This document shows positions 52,225 to 64,000 of a DNA stretch of 64,000 nucleotides, piece by piece. The notes under the pieces were generated by a model. The model worked only from the letters and a program-made list of their open reading frames with translations, was not told the origin of the DNA and did not search any database. A program made the position numbers and the translations under genes. The first letter of the stretch is position 1; every line of letters starts with the position of its first letter. Origin of the DNA: Squalus acanthias. Its lineage: Eukaryota. The stretch is taken from contig CM059432.1 in assembly GCA_030390025.1 (NCBI GenBank), positions 140,990,001-141,054,000 of the forward strand. Reading direction: 5' to 3'.

Positions 52225-52338
52225 TCAGAAACTCTTTTAAAGCAAGCGTTTGAACTTGGGCCAGTTTCTTCTCTCTGTTTACAAGCTGCTCACCAGTAAG
52301 ATAAGGCATTGTCCCGAGAAGCTCTGCAACATCACACT
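52225..52338 (-). CDS. MTBP: MTBP exon (10th from last)
   Basis: tgcag|AG + CDVAELLGTMPYLTGEQLVNREKKLAQVQTLALKEFL + A|gtaag; 114 nt, phase 1-1. Confidence 0.9.
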
Positions 52339-52787
52339 CTGCAGATGAAAACATGGTTTAGTATATACAGCGGCTGATAAACACATTCTATTTCAGTATG
52401 TCTACCCTTTATCATATGGTCACTTAATTAATTTGTTCTATTAATTAACTTACATAACCAATTGAGGATTGCATTAGCACTTATGCAGAGTACAATTTAA
52501 AAAGGAACTCCCACACATAAAGGGTTAATTTAAAGTTTATTCTTAATTCACTTTTTCTGAAGAGTTTGATGACTACTATATATTTTTGTAATTTTGGCCA
52601 ATAGGTGACAGAAACTTATTAAAAATTTCAAAAGAAGAGAGGTTAGTGAGAATTCAAGTGTTAATGTTTTTTATATTTTTCCAGAAGTCAGAACAATTGC
52701 GTTATTTCTATTAAAAATAAGATGGTTAATAAAGAAATATGCTTGTGATTGTTGACCTTTTAAAAGCAGAAATTAGTTTTTTGGCTG

Positions 52788-53162
52788 TACTCCCTCCACC
52801 ACCAGCACACCATGGCTGCAGTGTGTACCATCTACAGAATGCACTACAGCAACTTTCCAAGACTTCTTTGGCAGTATCTCCCAAACCTACGACCTCTACC
52901 ACCTAGGAGGAGAAGGGCAGCAGATGCACAGAAACACCCTCCAAGTTACAAATCTTCCTGACTTGGAAATATATCACCGTTCCTTCATCGTTGCTGGGTC
53001 AAAATCCTGGAACTCCCTACTTAACAGCACTGTGGGAGTACCTTCACCACACTGACTGCAGCGGTTCAAGAGGCTCACCACCACCATCTCAAGGGCAACT
53101 AGGGGATAGGCAATAAATGCTGGCCTTGCCAGCGACACCCACATCCAAAAAATGAAAAAAAA
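52788..53162 (+). mobile_element. Second non-LTR family, 3' tail
   Basis: Aligns to 39410-39810. Confidence 0.8.
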
Positions 53163-53379
53163 ATTAACTATACAAGTAATTAAAGCTCAGATGGTGAGGT
53201 ATAAAATTATGCAAGAATTAACATTTTTTTTTAATTTTACAGATCCACGTTACTGCAAAACTATCTCAAAACAGTCTAAAAGTCATACAAACCACTGTAC
53301 CAAATAAGGATGATAAACTCCAAGTCAAGTGCACCCTTTCTAGGATAGAAGAGATGTGTTTGGATTGTCAGTTTCCTAG

Positions 53380-53800
53380 TGTCAGCTGTGGCTCAGTGGG
53401 TAGCACTCACTTCTGAGTCAAGAAGGTTGTGGGTTCAAGTCCCCAGGGACTTGAGCACAAAATCTAGGCTGACACTCCAGTGCAGTGCTGAAAGAGGCAT
53501 TAAACCGAGGCCCCGTCTGCTCTCTCAGGTAGACGTAAAAGATCCCATGGCACTATTTCGAAGAGGAGCTGGGGAGTTATCCCCGGTGTCCTGGCCAATA
53601 TTTATCCCTCAATCAACATAACAAAAACAGATTATCTGATCATTATCACATTTATGTTTGTGGGAGCTTGCTGTGCACAAATTGGCTACCGCATTTCCTA
53701 CATTACAACAGTGACTGCACTCCAAAAGTACTTAATTGGCTGTAAAGCGCTTTGAGATATCCGGTGGTCGTGAAAGGCGCTATAGAAATGCAAGTCTTTC
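53380..53800 (+). mobile_element. Near-complete tRNA-derived DeuSINE (SacSINE1-like)
   Basis: A box tggctcagtgg, B box gggttcaagtc, Deu-like core ttaaaccgagg…aaagatcccatggcact…ccccggtgtcctggccaa, L2-like tail ggcgctatagaaatgcaagtc. Confidence 0.8.
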
Positions 53801-55714
53801 TAACATTGTAACTGCAGTGACACCACAATAGTGTATGATGCTTAAGCTCCATGCTTCTGCCAGGAACACAAGAACTGCTACAGATGCAGCTGAACTTTCT
53901 GCTTTAAGCAACATTGACTGTGGATTGCCAGGGGCGAAGATTCACATACTGATTCTTCATCCCACTGAACTCTCTTTCCAATTGTGCTACTGCCTGAAAC
54001 TTTGTTGCACCCAGAAGCTCATATGCTGAGCTAACCAGTTGCTGAACCAAAAATTTCTATAACATGCATTTGGCTATGGGAAATTTGTGATTTTCCCACA
54101 AGTAACAGTACAATTTTCTCAAGTCTTTGTGCTCCCAGCAATCATGTAAATAATGTATTACGCTGGTTAAAGACTGAGCATATTAAATTATCTTAAAGAA
54201 ATGAACCCATTAGCTCATAAATTGTGTGACTAAAAATTAACTTTCCCCTAGCTTCAAAGTACATAAGATGAACGATTAAATGTGTTTCAACTGCATAAAA
54301 TACTGATCCCAGTTGGGGGCAGTAATAGGGTCACTAAAGCTGGCCCAGTGCCCCTGGACTAGACAGAAGGAATTCCCCCCCCCCACCCCCCAGGGTTCAT
54401 GCTCCAAGTTGCTATCCAGAAGTGCTAATGGCTGGATGCCAGGTGAGGAGGCGAGGATTAGGTTCAGCTGTAATGACCTCCATGATCAAATAACACTCAC
54501 TGCCCAAGCTAACACCAACGAATTGATGTTTGGGTAGGTAAAGGAGAATTTCTGGTGCTTGCGAGACGAGATGTCACGAAGAGTCAAAGCCTTCAGGAGT
54601 GGGCAACCACTTAAGAGTGGATGCAGCACTTAAAAATAAGATTGAATAGGTAGTTTTACAAACGAACGTTATCTGTAAACCATTACCGCAGGGTAAAAGC
54701 TGACAAGTTGTTATTTTGCCTCAAGTTTTGTAAAACAAGAATAACTCCCTGTACAATTCTCATCTCACTGATACTGCAAATATCTTTTGAAACATTGTCA
54801 GATTACCCAATGATTCAGCACTGTACAAATCCAATAATCACAGTCTTTTCAGCAGCCAATGCACATGCATCATTTGACATTTTGTTAGCACGGCAGCATG
54901 CCAAGTAACTATTAACTCAAGTCCATTATAATCCAATCATGTTCACATTCAGCTGTATGTAAATACTTTATAATCTTGGATTGTATTCTATAAATGAAAA
55001 TAAAAAAAGCATTAGCTAATAGGCTTAGTAAAATGCCAACTTGTGGGAAGCCAGTCAGTCAATGTTGTACACATGTACAAAATAAATTAGAATGATGTAT
55101 GAAGCAGACTAGTGCTACATTGGAAAGGTTCTCTGCTGCTCTAGCAACTCGATGACAAAGAGTAAGAGCCAAACGGCAGTCTTTAGATCATGAAGTTACT
55201 CTGGTCAAGATTGGTCAAATGCAGATATTCTAATCTAGTATATGTTTCAGAAACCAATTTTATAGCACAGAGTTAATCCAATGAAGTGTGCACAGGGATG
55301 TGAACTTCAAGTTATTTTCTAAATAATTACATTTGATCATAAATCAACCACCAAAAACTTAGTCCGAACACTGAATTGAGTTTCTCATATTTGTACAATG
55401 TTTATTCTGGAGTAAAAAATGTGTTTGACTTGTATAAATTGGCATTAAAAGAGGGGATAAAGATAAAGAGTTTAAAGCCTGATGGCAACAAGTACACTAC
55501 ATGGTTGGACATGGATTCACATTTGCAATTCTTGATCACAACCAGGCGCTTTCCTTGAAAATAAGTTTTAACTTTAAAATTACAACAGGTAAACCAGTTC
55601 AAGGACGTTGGCATAAGCCTTCAAGTATAATATGATTTCCCCCTTTGCTTGTAAATGTGCATAGCTGGGTGGGGGAGTGAGAGGAAGAACATACAATATG
55701 CTCATCATCCTTAC

Positions 55715-57236
55715 AAAAGCAAAATACTGCGGATGCTGGAAATCTGAAATAAAAACAGAAAATGCTGGAAATACTCAGCAGGTCAGGCAGCATCTGTGGC
55801 GAGAGAAACAGAGTTAACGGTTCTGGTCAATGACCCTTGGTCAGAACTGGAAAAAGCTGGAAATGTAACAGGTTTTTAAGCAAGTGTTGGGGCAGGGAGA
55901 GGGGGAGGGGAGGAAAGAACAAAAGGGAAGGTCTGTGATAGGATGGAAGGCAGAAGAGATTAAGGGACAAAAGAGATGATGGTGCAAGGCAAAAGGAGAT
56001 GGCAATGGGACAAGTTAACAAAAGATGACTCTAGATGAAGTGTAAATGGCAATGGCAGAATGATCGACAGATGCCATGTGAGAGGGAGAAAAAAATGATA
56101 GGGGCAGAGGTTATGGTCTGAAATTGTTGAACTCGATGTTGAGTCCAGAAGGCTGTAAAGTGCCTAATCGAAAGATGAGGTGCTGTTCCTCGAGCTTACT
56201 TGGAACAGTGTAAGAGGCCGAGGACAGAGAGGTCAGAGTGGGAGTGCAGCGGAGAATTAAAGTGACAGGCGACCGGAAGCTCGGGGTCATGCTTACGGAC
56301 TGAATAGAGGTGTTCCGCAAAGCGGTCACCCCATCTGCGTTTGGTCTCCTCAATGTAGAGGAGACTGCATCGTGAGCAGCGACTACACTACATTAAATTG
56401 CAAGTAGTACAAGTAAATCACTGTTTCACCTGGAAGGAGTGTTCGGGGCCCTGGACAGTGGGAAGGGAGGAGATAAAAAGGCATGTGTTGCATCTTTTAC
56501 CTCCTCCCTTCCCACTGTCCAGGGCCCTAAACACTCCTTCCAGGTGAAAAAGTGATTTACTTGTACTTCTTGAAATTTAGTTTACTGTATTCGCTGCTCA
56601 CGATGTGGTCTCCTCTACATTGGGGAGACCAAACACAGATTGGGTGACCGCTTTGCGGAATACCTCCGTTCAGTCCGTAAGCATGACAGAGCTTCCGGTC
56701 GCCTGTCACTTTAATTCTCCGCTCCACTCCCACTCTGACCTCTCCGTCCTCAGCCTCCTACACTGTTCCAATGAAGCTCAACGTAAGCTCGAGGAACAGC
56801 ACCTCATCTTTCGATTAGGCACTTTACAGCCTTCTGGACTCAACACGGAGTTCAACAATTTCAGACCATAATCTCTGCCCTATCATTTTTTTTCTCTCAC
56901 ATGGCAGCTGTTGATCATTCTGCCATTGCCATTTACACTTCATCTAGAGCCATCTTTTGTTTCTTAACTTGTCCCATTACCATCTCTGTTTGCCTTGCAC
57001 CATCATCCCTTTTGTCTCTTAATCTCTCCTGCCTTCCATCCTAGCACAGACCTTCCCTTTTGTTCTTTCCTCCCCTCCCCCCTTTCCTTGCCCCTACACT
57101 TGCTTAAAAACCTGTTCCATCTCCAACTTTTTCCAGTTCTGACGAAGGGTCCTCGACCTGAAACGTTAACTCTGTTTCTCACTCTACAGATGCTGCCTGA
57201 CCTGCTGAGTATTTCCAGCATTTTCTGTTTTTATTT
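55715..57236. mobile_element. Palindromic (head-to-head) Penelope family-A insertion: two GIY-YIG + pLTR arms
   Basis: Left arm (-) ~55715-56480, right arm (+) ~56493-57236. Coding remnant LVYCIRCSRCGLLYIGET…RLGDRFAE.LRSV…CHFNS…LEEQHLIFRLGTLQPSGLN.EFNNFRP*. TSD atgctcatcatccttac (55698-55714) / atgcttatcatccttac (57237-57253). Confidence 0.9.
57135..57171 (+). ncRNA. Minimal type-I hammerhead ribozyme motif (PLE family A), core intact
   Basis: agtt-CTGACGA-A-GGGTC-ctc-GACCT-GAA-ACGT-T-aact: stem I agtt/aact, stem II, palindromic ACGU stem III, predicted GUU cleavage triplet. Confidence 0.72.
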
Positions 57237-57339
57237 ATGCTTATCATCCTTACTTTATATACAAAAAGATTTATTGGCTATGTTATAAGTTACTTGCCAT
57301 GGCAAAATGGAGCCAAATGAACAAAAGTTGCAATACAAA

Positions 57340-58040
57340 AGGTGGCAGGGCAAGTTGATAAGGTGGTCAAAAAAGCATATATATATATAGATATAGAGAG
57401 AGAGAGAGAGAGAGAAAGAAATTGAATATAAAAGCAGAGATCATGCTAGATCTTTATAAATCACTGGTTAGGCCTCAGCTGGAGTATTGTGGACACTTCT
57501 GGGCACCACATTTCAGTAAAGACGTAAAGGCCTTAAAAGCAGAGATGTTGGACTAAGCACGACTGCTCTTTCAAAGGGTAAAGAGGAGGTTTACCAGGAT
57601 GTTACCAGGGATGAGGGATTTCAGTTATGAGGAGAGGTTAGAAAAGTTAGGACTGTTCTCCTTGGAACAGAGAAGGTGAAGAGGTGACCGAAGAGGTTTT
57701 CAAGTTGATGCGAGGTTTTGATAGGGTAAATAGGAAAAAAATATTTCCTCTGGTGAGTGGGTCAATAACCAGAGGTTATACATTTAAAATCAATGGAAAA
57801 AGATCTAGAGGGGAAATGAGGAGAAACTGTTTTACTCAGAGCGTTGTCGGGATCTGGAACGCTCTACCTGAAAAGGTGGTGGAAGCTGGTCCCATCAATA
57901 ATTTTAAAAGGGAGTTGGACAGGTACTTGAGGATGAGCAACTTACAGGGTCACGGACAAAAAGCAGGGATGTTGGACTAAGCACGACTGCTCTTTCAAAA
58001 AGCCAGCACAGGCACGACAGGCCGAATGACCGCTTTCTAT
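57340..58040 (+). mobile_element. CR1 3' fragment with (TA)n(GA)n microsatellite at ~57377-57414
   Basis: ORF 57684..57980 EVFKLMRGFDRV…CFTQSVVGIWNALP; tail ttctatgaattct. Confidence 0.8.
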
Positions 58041-58783
58041 GCTGTAAGTTTCTATGAATTCTAAAAAAGAAGCCATTTAGTTCCATTTGCACTATATTGT
58101 GATCATTAGGACACTCAAGTGTTCCTCCTAATGTAGATTCTAATGGGCTTCACATTCTTAGTTGCAACTGTGAATTAGAGTCTAGATTACACTTCAAAAC
58201 TACATTTCAAAGTTCCTCAATGGCTATGAAACGCTCATCCCCGATGATGTGAAGGGCTCAATATAAATGCAAATTGAAAGGTACTAGGTAAATGCAAGTT
58301 CTTTCTTAACTGCAGTAAATAACTAAGTAAAGCTAAAAGTTTGCAAAAAGTGAAAAAAAACCTCTAGGCTGTAGTGATGCAAAATTGAGGTGATCATCTG
58401 CCTAAGGTGGCAGTACCATGGTACAAAGTTATAGCGTACTAACACAATTTCCTCCATCTGGGGATCTATATCTTTTATTTGCAATTGAGATTGAACAATA
58501 AATCTTTCTGAATCAGGAACTATCGGTGCATATATTGACATTTGCCCAGAGTAATAGCCAGCTAAGTTCAGCGTTGCTGCAGAAGATCGCAGCAGATTCA
58601 CATTTATCTCCTACTTCAACTTGAGGTCAGGAACTGGATTTTTTGCTACTAATTATGAAGGCAGCAAATAGCCTCCTCAAAAGCTATCTTTTTGATAATA
58701 TTTCAATCATCTCTCCTAACTATTACACTCCTGTTCAATATCCTTAAATTCCCACATTAAGTACCTTGGGGAATTTCATTAAT

Positions 58784-59546
58784 GGGCCAGAAATTCAGCT
58801 TTCAGGCTTCCTGCGGGTGCAAGCATCGCGCGCGTACTTGCCTACCGCGCCTGCAGTTGTGCTTTGGGCCCACAAGGACTTCGGGTCCTGGGCCTCCTCC
58901 AGCTGCCGGTGTGTAGTGCTCGTGTATCCCAGGGGCGCAGTTAGTTCGAAGCGTCCCCTGGGATCACGTGGGCCATGGAGAGCCAATCCTAGCAGGGCAT
59001 TTTCATTCATAGATTTGACAGGAAGACCTGTCAAATCTATGAATAGAGATCGGCCCCAAAACCACACTTAAACTTCAAATAAATTTTTAAAAAACCATCA
59101 CATTTTTAAAATAACTAAGTTACATAAATTAACTACTTTAAACAAAAATTAAAATTTTTGAAAAAATTAATTATACTTTTTAACGGTGCTAAAAATAAAC
59201 TTACCTTTCTTTAAAGTATCTAAAAAAGATAAACCTGTTGAAAAAATGTTTAAATTGTAATTAATTAACCACTTACCTTGTTAAAAACAGGCCTTGCGCC
59301 TCCTTTTTAAAAGTGCAGCTTCTTCATACTTAGCCTCCCGGAGAAACCTGAAAAAAAAACTGAAGTTCGCTGCGTGCGCGCAGCCTCTCCCGCGCACGCG
59401 TTCGACTTCTGAACCCCTCCCTTCAGGGGAACGGAAGTTCCGGTTTCCCGCGCATGCGCAGTGCATGCAGGAAACCGGCACTTCAGGTGGCCTTACGGGT
59501 GAGTACACAGCGCGTACTCACCCGACAACAGCCGAATTTCTGGCCC
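58784..59546. mobile_element. GC-rich MITE, probably PIF/Harbinger-derived
   Basis: TIR gggccagaaattcagct / agccgaatttctggccc (16/17); flanks aat / ata; related to 45200-45943. Confidence 0.78.
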
Positions 59547-59649
59547 ATATGTTTAAAACCATGATAGAAATGTCAAGTTTTGTTGTTGCAGCGTTCGCAT
59601 TTAATTTGTTACAAAAAGGAAAGATTTTGGCCACTTGTGTCATGTTCAC

Positions 59650-59820
59650 CTTCTTTGTCTTCAGCTCTTTCTTCCAACATCCCATTCACGATGGCTACAG
59701 CTGCTGCTCCATTTATCTGATTGGCTGAATGAATCAGGATTGCCTTGCAGCCACCTCGACAGTTGCTTTGAACCAACAGGTAATAACTGCAAATCTCTCC
59801 TTTCATCTCAATCTCTGGAA
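59650..59820 (-). CDS. MTBP: MTBP exon (11th from last)
   Basis: ttccag|TT + PEIEMKGEICSYYLLVQSNCRGGCKAILIHSANQINGAAAVAIVNGMLEERAEDKE + G|gtgaac; 171 nt, phase 1-1. An in-phase alternative donor 12 nt further (A|gtggcc) cannot be excluded. Confidence 0.88.
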
Positions 59821-60298
59821 CTGGAAACAAACGAGGATTTAAAGCATACTGGAGGTGAAAGCTATGAAAAATACTGTAGTTTATAAGTGCTAAAAAATCT
59901 CATTATGTGACAGAAAATGAAACATAAAAGTGATATCAACCTTGATTTATGGGCGTGATGAATAATCCAGCAGACTTTATGGTAGAAATAAACTGGCTGC
60001 TTTAATTAGTGCAAGGTTCCCTATTTTAGTATAAAATAAGCTGGATTCCTAGCCACCACCTTGGACCAGGTAAAAGATGAGGCATTTTCCTATACTCAGT
60101 GTACCAATTATATTCACAAGAAATGACAACTATTTATACAGGGAAGTCAATTCTAAATTTGTTCAGCTTCAACATACAAAAATGGGTGAAAAACGCAAAA
60201 TATAATCCATAAAATAACACAAGCAATTTGGGCTATAAACAAAGTTAACAGTACATAAACTTGAATGTAGAATTCAAATGTGGTCAAAAAATACAAAG

Positions 60299-61114
60299 TA
60301 AGGCTGTCAATTAATCGCAGTTGTCTTGTGATTATCACGTTAATTCTTTTGGGTCATTTTTTTTTTTTTTAAACGTATGTTAATTGTGGAAGTTAACTTC
60401 ACCCTCACCCCGATTCACTAAAACAAAGTCCGCTGTTCCCAGCTCGGTAGCTCCCGCAGCCTGTGCGAGCCTTTCACTTTTCCAGTCTCTGCTCCTCACT
60501 CAAGTCGTTCGCTCAATGGCTTTATTTTAAAAGGTTTTTGCACCCGCCCCCGAGTTTGGGTTACTGCTGTTGCTGAAAAGATTGTAGGAGGTTGGGGTGG
60601 GTTAGGGACTGGGGAGGGAGGGGTTCTAGGTTGAGTCTCCTGCTCATTCCCACAGCGGGGCCCCATATTTGGCTAAGGCACCTGGGCATGGGTCCTGTAG
60701 GATCGTGTGTCAATACACTCTTGACTGCTGTTACCCAAATGGACAGGCAGGATTTAAACTTTCTGCGCTGTCCTGCCCGGAGGTCCTCACAATGCTACAG
60801 AGCCGAATTCTTCTGTCTATATGCTGATCTTTAGTATAAGTGCAGCCACGTGATCAGTTGTCTCTGAACATATATGGGGCACTCAGCATGCAAGTACAAT
60901 ACACTTCGCTACATTAGATGTACAGAATTCAGAAATAGGAAAACTGTTTTTATGCTGGGTTGCTTTTGGATGACATTAATAGCATCAGTAATAAAACAAA
61001 CTTGAAAGCAGTAATTGTATCAATTAAATGTGATTACAATCAAGATTAACAGATTAAAAAGTTTTAATTGCCAGATTAATCGCGATTATTTTAAAAAATT
61101 GCTTGACAGCTCTA
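60299..61114. mobile_element. Non-autonomous hAT element
   Basis: TIR taaggctgtcaa / ttgacagctcta with subterminal attaatcgc/gattaa repeats; 8-bp TSD atacaaag (60291-98) / aaacaaag (61115-22). Confidence 0.75.
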
Positions 61115-63498
61115 AAACAAAGTAATTAACACCAGGTTGTTATTTCGCAAATGGTAAAGAATTAAGCAATTAAAATATATATCCTTTTAAGTTTAGCAAG
61201 TAGTCAACTGCACAATGATCTCTGCATCTCACTCACTGTCAGTGAACTGTCAAAAATAGAGTTCCTAAATGTCTTAGTGGGCAAGTGCACTGTACAGCAT
61301 GTACAGTTCACGTACTGATCTATGAGATTGCTGTGGATACACTACAACTGGCCTGAGTATTTATGGACTATTACTGCAGTATTGTTTAGGGATTTGAAAA
61401 TTACAATCTTTCAGAAACTTTAAACAGCAGAACTCAACAAAATAATGGGATTACGTGATAAAATGACAAACAAAATGAGTTCATACTATCCTCAGATTAA
61501 ACTTCTGATTGGGACTTTATGTGCGCCACATTTTTTTCCCCAACATGCATATGATTCAACTGTTTTACATTGACAATAGTCAGCTACATAGTTACAGAAA
61601 AATCCAAGACTGAAAAAAACCAAGATGCTTGGGTAGTCTTAGACAAGTTCCTATTAGGTACAAGCCCACATCATAAAACTACCCATAAACATTTTTACCA
61701 ATTGCCAGTCCCATTCAGACTGTTACAGTCGGGACTTCAGTTAAGGCACAATGCTGAAGCATGGTAGAGCTTTATGCTGTATTATATACTGTGGCATACA
61801 TGATCAGAGAGTAATTAATGCTGACACTAGGTGTTAAAAGTGCCAGAGCGTTCCATTTCTCTATTACTAACATCCTAATGGACCCAAAATCCCCACAAAT
61901 ATTACTGTTAGGATTTTATTTTAAATCAGTGGACAATTTTACATTTATTTCTGAACAGCTGATAGCAATATCTTCAGAAAGCAAATGTCTATAATTTAAA
62001 CTTCAGGTATAGTTAGATTTCCTGTTATGGAATGAGACATTTATTTAAAGCAGTATACATTGGCTCCCCCTCTCTCCAACCCAAATAGAAATTTCATTAA
62101 GAGCTCACCATAAGGGTTTTTAATAGCTGACTTAAAAAGAGCTAAAATATGATTAAGAATAACAAAAAGGTCAAGGGCTCATCAGAATGCGATGAGTTTG
62201 TGAAGATACAAACAGCCAGCAAAGCTTATTTGTAATGGTTACATGAAAATTCACAGAACAATAAATTATAGGTGCTGTTATCTATCTCAATGCTTTAAAA
62301 TCAAATTGTACACCATTTAAAATGCAATTTAATTTCCATTAACACAACTGAAGCTTTCTGCCCTTCCATAACATCATCAAGGTTTAAAGGAGGAAATCAA
62401 TTTTGCAATTCAGCATTGTGACAAGTATTGCAGCGTTCTGTTTAGAAGTGATAAAGGAATTGGCAAAATTAATCACAGGGACAAAATTTAAAAGGCAAAA
62501 GCAGAATTCTACACCAACAACATTCTGTGTACATTATATTTGAAAAAGAATGCTAATGGGTTATTCCTTCCAAAATATCAATCATATTTACAGGTACTTT
62601 GTTAGACCAGTTAACTTCTGAAGATGTGCAAACAGTTACAATTGTTCTCTTTTTATGCTATTCCAAGTTCCACAGTAAACCCAATGCACTGCAGACTCGA
62701 TAACATACAATGCAACATGTCTATTACAGTCGCCCATGAGACCGGTGTATTTGGTTAGAATACATAAATGACTACTTTATGCAGGATCTTAATAAAACAG
62801 TTCAAACTTTCTGTGCTAAATGACCCTGCAATGATTTGTGGGGTGACTCCATTAGAGAGAAAAAAAATTGAATCACTGGATCACCAAGCTCCCATTGAGA
62901 ATTTACCAGAGTTCTGTTCAGTCCCAATTTGGCTCCAGCACTCATGCTTGACTACAATAAACAGGTGGAATATAGTGGAATTCAATTCTTTGTGGCCAAA
63001 TTGAGTGGCTCCCATTTGTAACACACGGGTGACTATTTACCATTGACATCTTTTGCAAGTTATTCCAGACTGCAAATATTGGCAAATACAGGTGATAATT
63101 CCAAACAGGTTCCAGTGCACTTACTGCCTAGCCTTTTTCCCCACAAGTGACCCATGATAGGCAACGGACATTTAAAGGAGTCTCATCGAGATTAACCAAC
63201 CTTACACAAAAGCCCCTCAGTTTAAAAAAAAGTTGTTACAAAAAAAACCCTCAATAGTCTCATACTGGTTTAAAACTTGTGGGAACCCAGCAGATTTGTA
63301 CTACCTCCAGAGTTTACAATATGAAAAATTATTATAAAATGTTATATTTGTAAAAAGGTTTGCGTTGCACCGTTAATCTCAAGTTTTTTTTGTACTTAAG
63401 TACATTACACATAGCATAGGAAGCTGCCATCTCATGCTACTCTTTGCAAAGAATTCAACTCCAGAGGCCAAACTTAAATTGTCTGCACTGAAGGAAAT

Positions 63499-63632
63499 AA
63501 CATAGGAACAGGTCATTCAGCCCCTCAAGCCTGTTCTGCCATTCAATTAGATCATGTCTGATCTATATCTTAACTCCATCTACCTGCCTTGGTTCCATAA
63601 CCCTTAATATCCTTGCCCAACAAAAATCTAAT
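63499..63632 (-). mobile_element. CR1 3' tail
   Basis: Same as 335-470 (cattcagcccctc.agcctgtt…aactccatctacc). Confidence 0.75.
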
Positions 63633-63930
63633 AAAATCTAAAATACTGAATCCATGGCTACAATCTAACTCAATTATGAAACATACAAAATAAGACTGCC
63701 AACTATTAATTTTTTTGTAAAGTAAAAAAATAAGCTATGCTTTTGTCAAGTAAAATGGCCAACATTGCTTTTCAGCACATGACCTGAGACAGTAATGGTA
63801 CATAGGTGGACAAAATATCTAAAATCAAACTTGGAGTGAAAATTTAATCCATGTTTGATGCAGACTTGTTCAAATTGCTACAGGTACAAGGGTACTTTAC
63901 TCTTGTAAAAGGACAGCTTTACAAACCCAC

Positions 63931-64000
63931 CATTAATGCATTTTGGCTTCTTTGCCATATATTCTTTCCATTTCCGTGTACTGTACTGGTTAGCTGGCGG
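63931..64000 (-). CDS. MTBP: MTBP exon (12th from last), cut by window edge
   Basis: PPANQYSTRKWKEYMAKKPKCIN + G|gtgggt; joins the next exon as …CINVPEIE. Upstream exons lie beyond the window. Confidence 0.9.

Noticed and set aside
53380..53445. tRNA-like A/B boxes (also 1363-1426)
   Set aside because: SINE heads followed by Deu-domain or unrelated sequence; no complete cloverleaf, so not called tRNA genes.
58323..58601. 92-aa minus-strand ORF with protein-like composition inside an MTBP intron (possible extra exon)
   Set aside because: The neighbouring MTBP exons already join in phase and match the known protein continuously; the nearest acceptor lacks a pyrimidine tract; no recognisable homology.

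Overview
Eukaryotic, repeat-rich vertebrate DNA. The repeat families (HER1-like CR1, Deu-domain tRNA SINE, Penelope-like elements) suggest a shark/elasmobranch (inference). Two protein-coding genes lie tail-to-tail. On + are the last two coding exons of beta-1-syntrophin (SNTB1; 2793-2983, 5348-5440). On - are the last 12 exons of MTBP (Mdm2-binding protein; 64000 down to the stop at 17096), which I spliced by hand with GT-AG ends and consistent phases into one 1593-nt open frame. The rest is intron/intergenic DNA packed with CR1 LINEs (one near full-length), L2 tails, a second non-LTR family, DeuSINEs, Penelope-like (GIY-YIG) elements and several non-autonomous DNA transposons with visible TIRs and TSDs. 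The most notable non-routine signals are: (i) minimal type-I hammerhead ribozyme motifs in two unrelated Penelope-like families; (ii) a 132-bp ribozyme-bearing unit inserted with a perfect 14-bp TSD; (iii) a 1.5-kb palindromic Penelope insertion with a 17-bp TSD; (iv) MITEs that keep hairpins at the same position despite sequence divergence. I see no convincing wholly new protein-coding system. Most ORFs in the supplied track are retroelement debris or noise.
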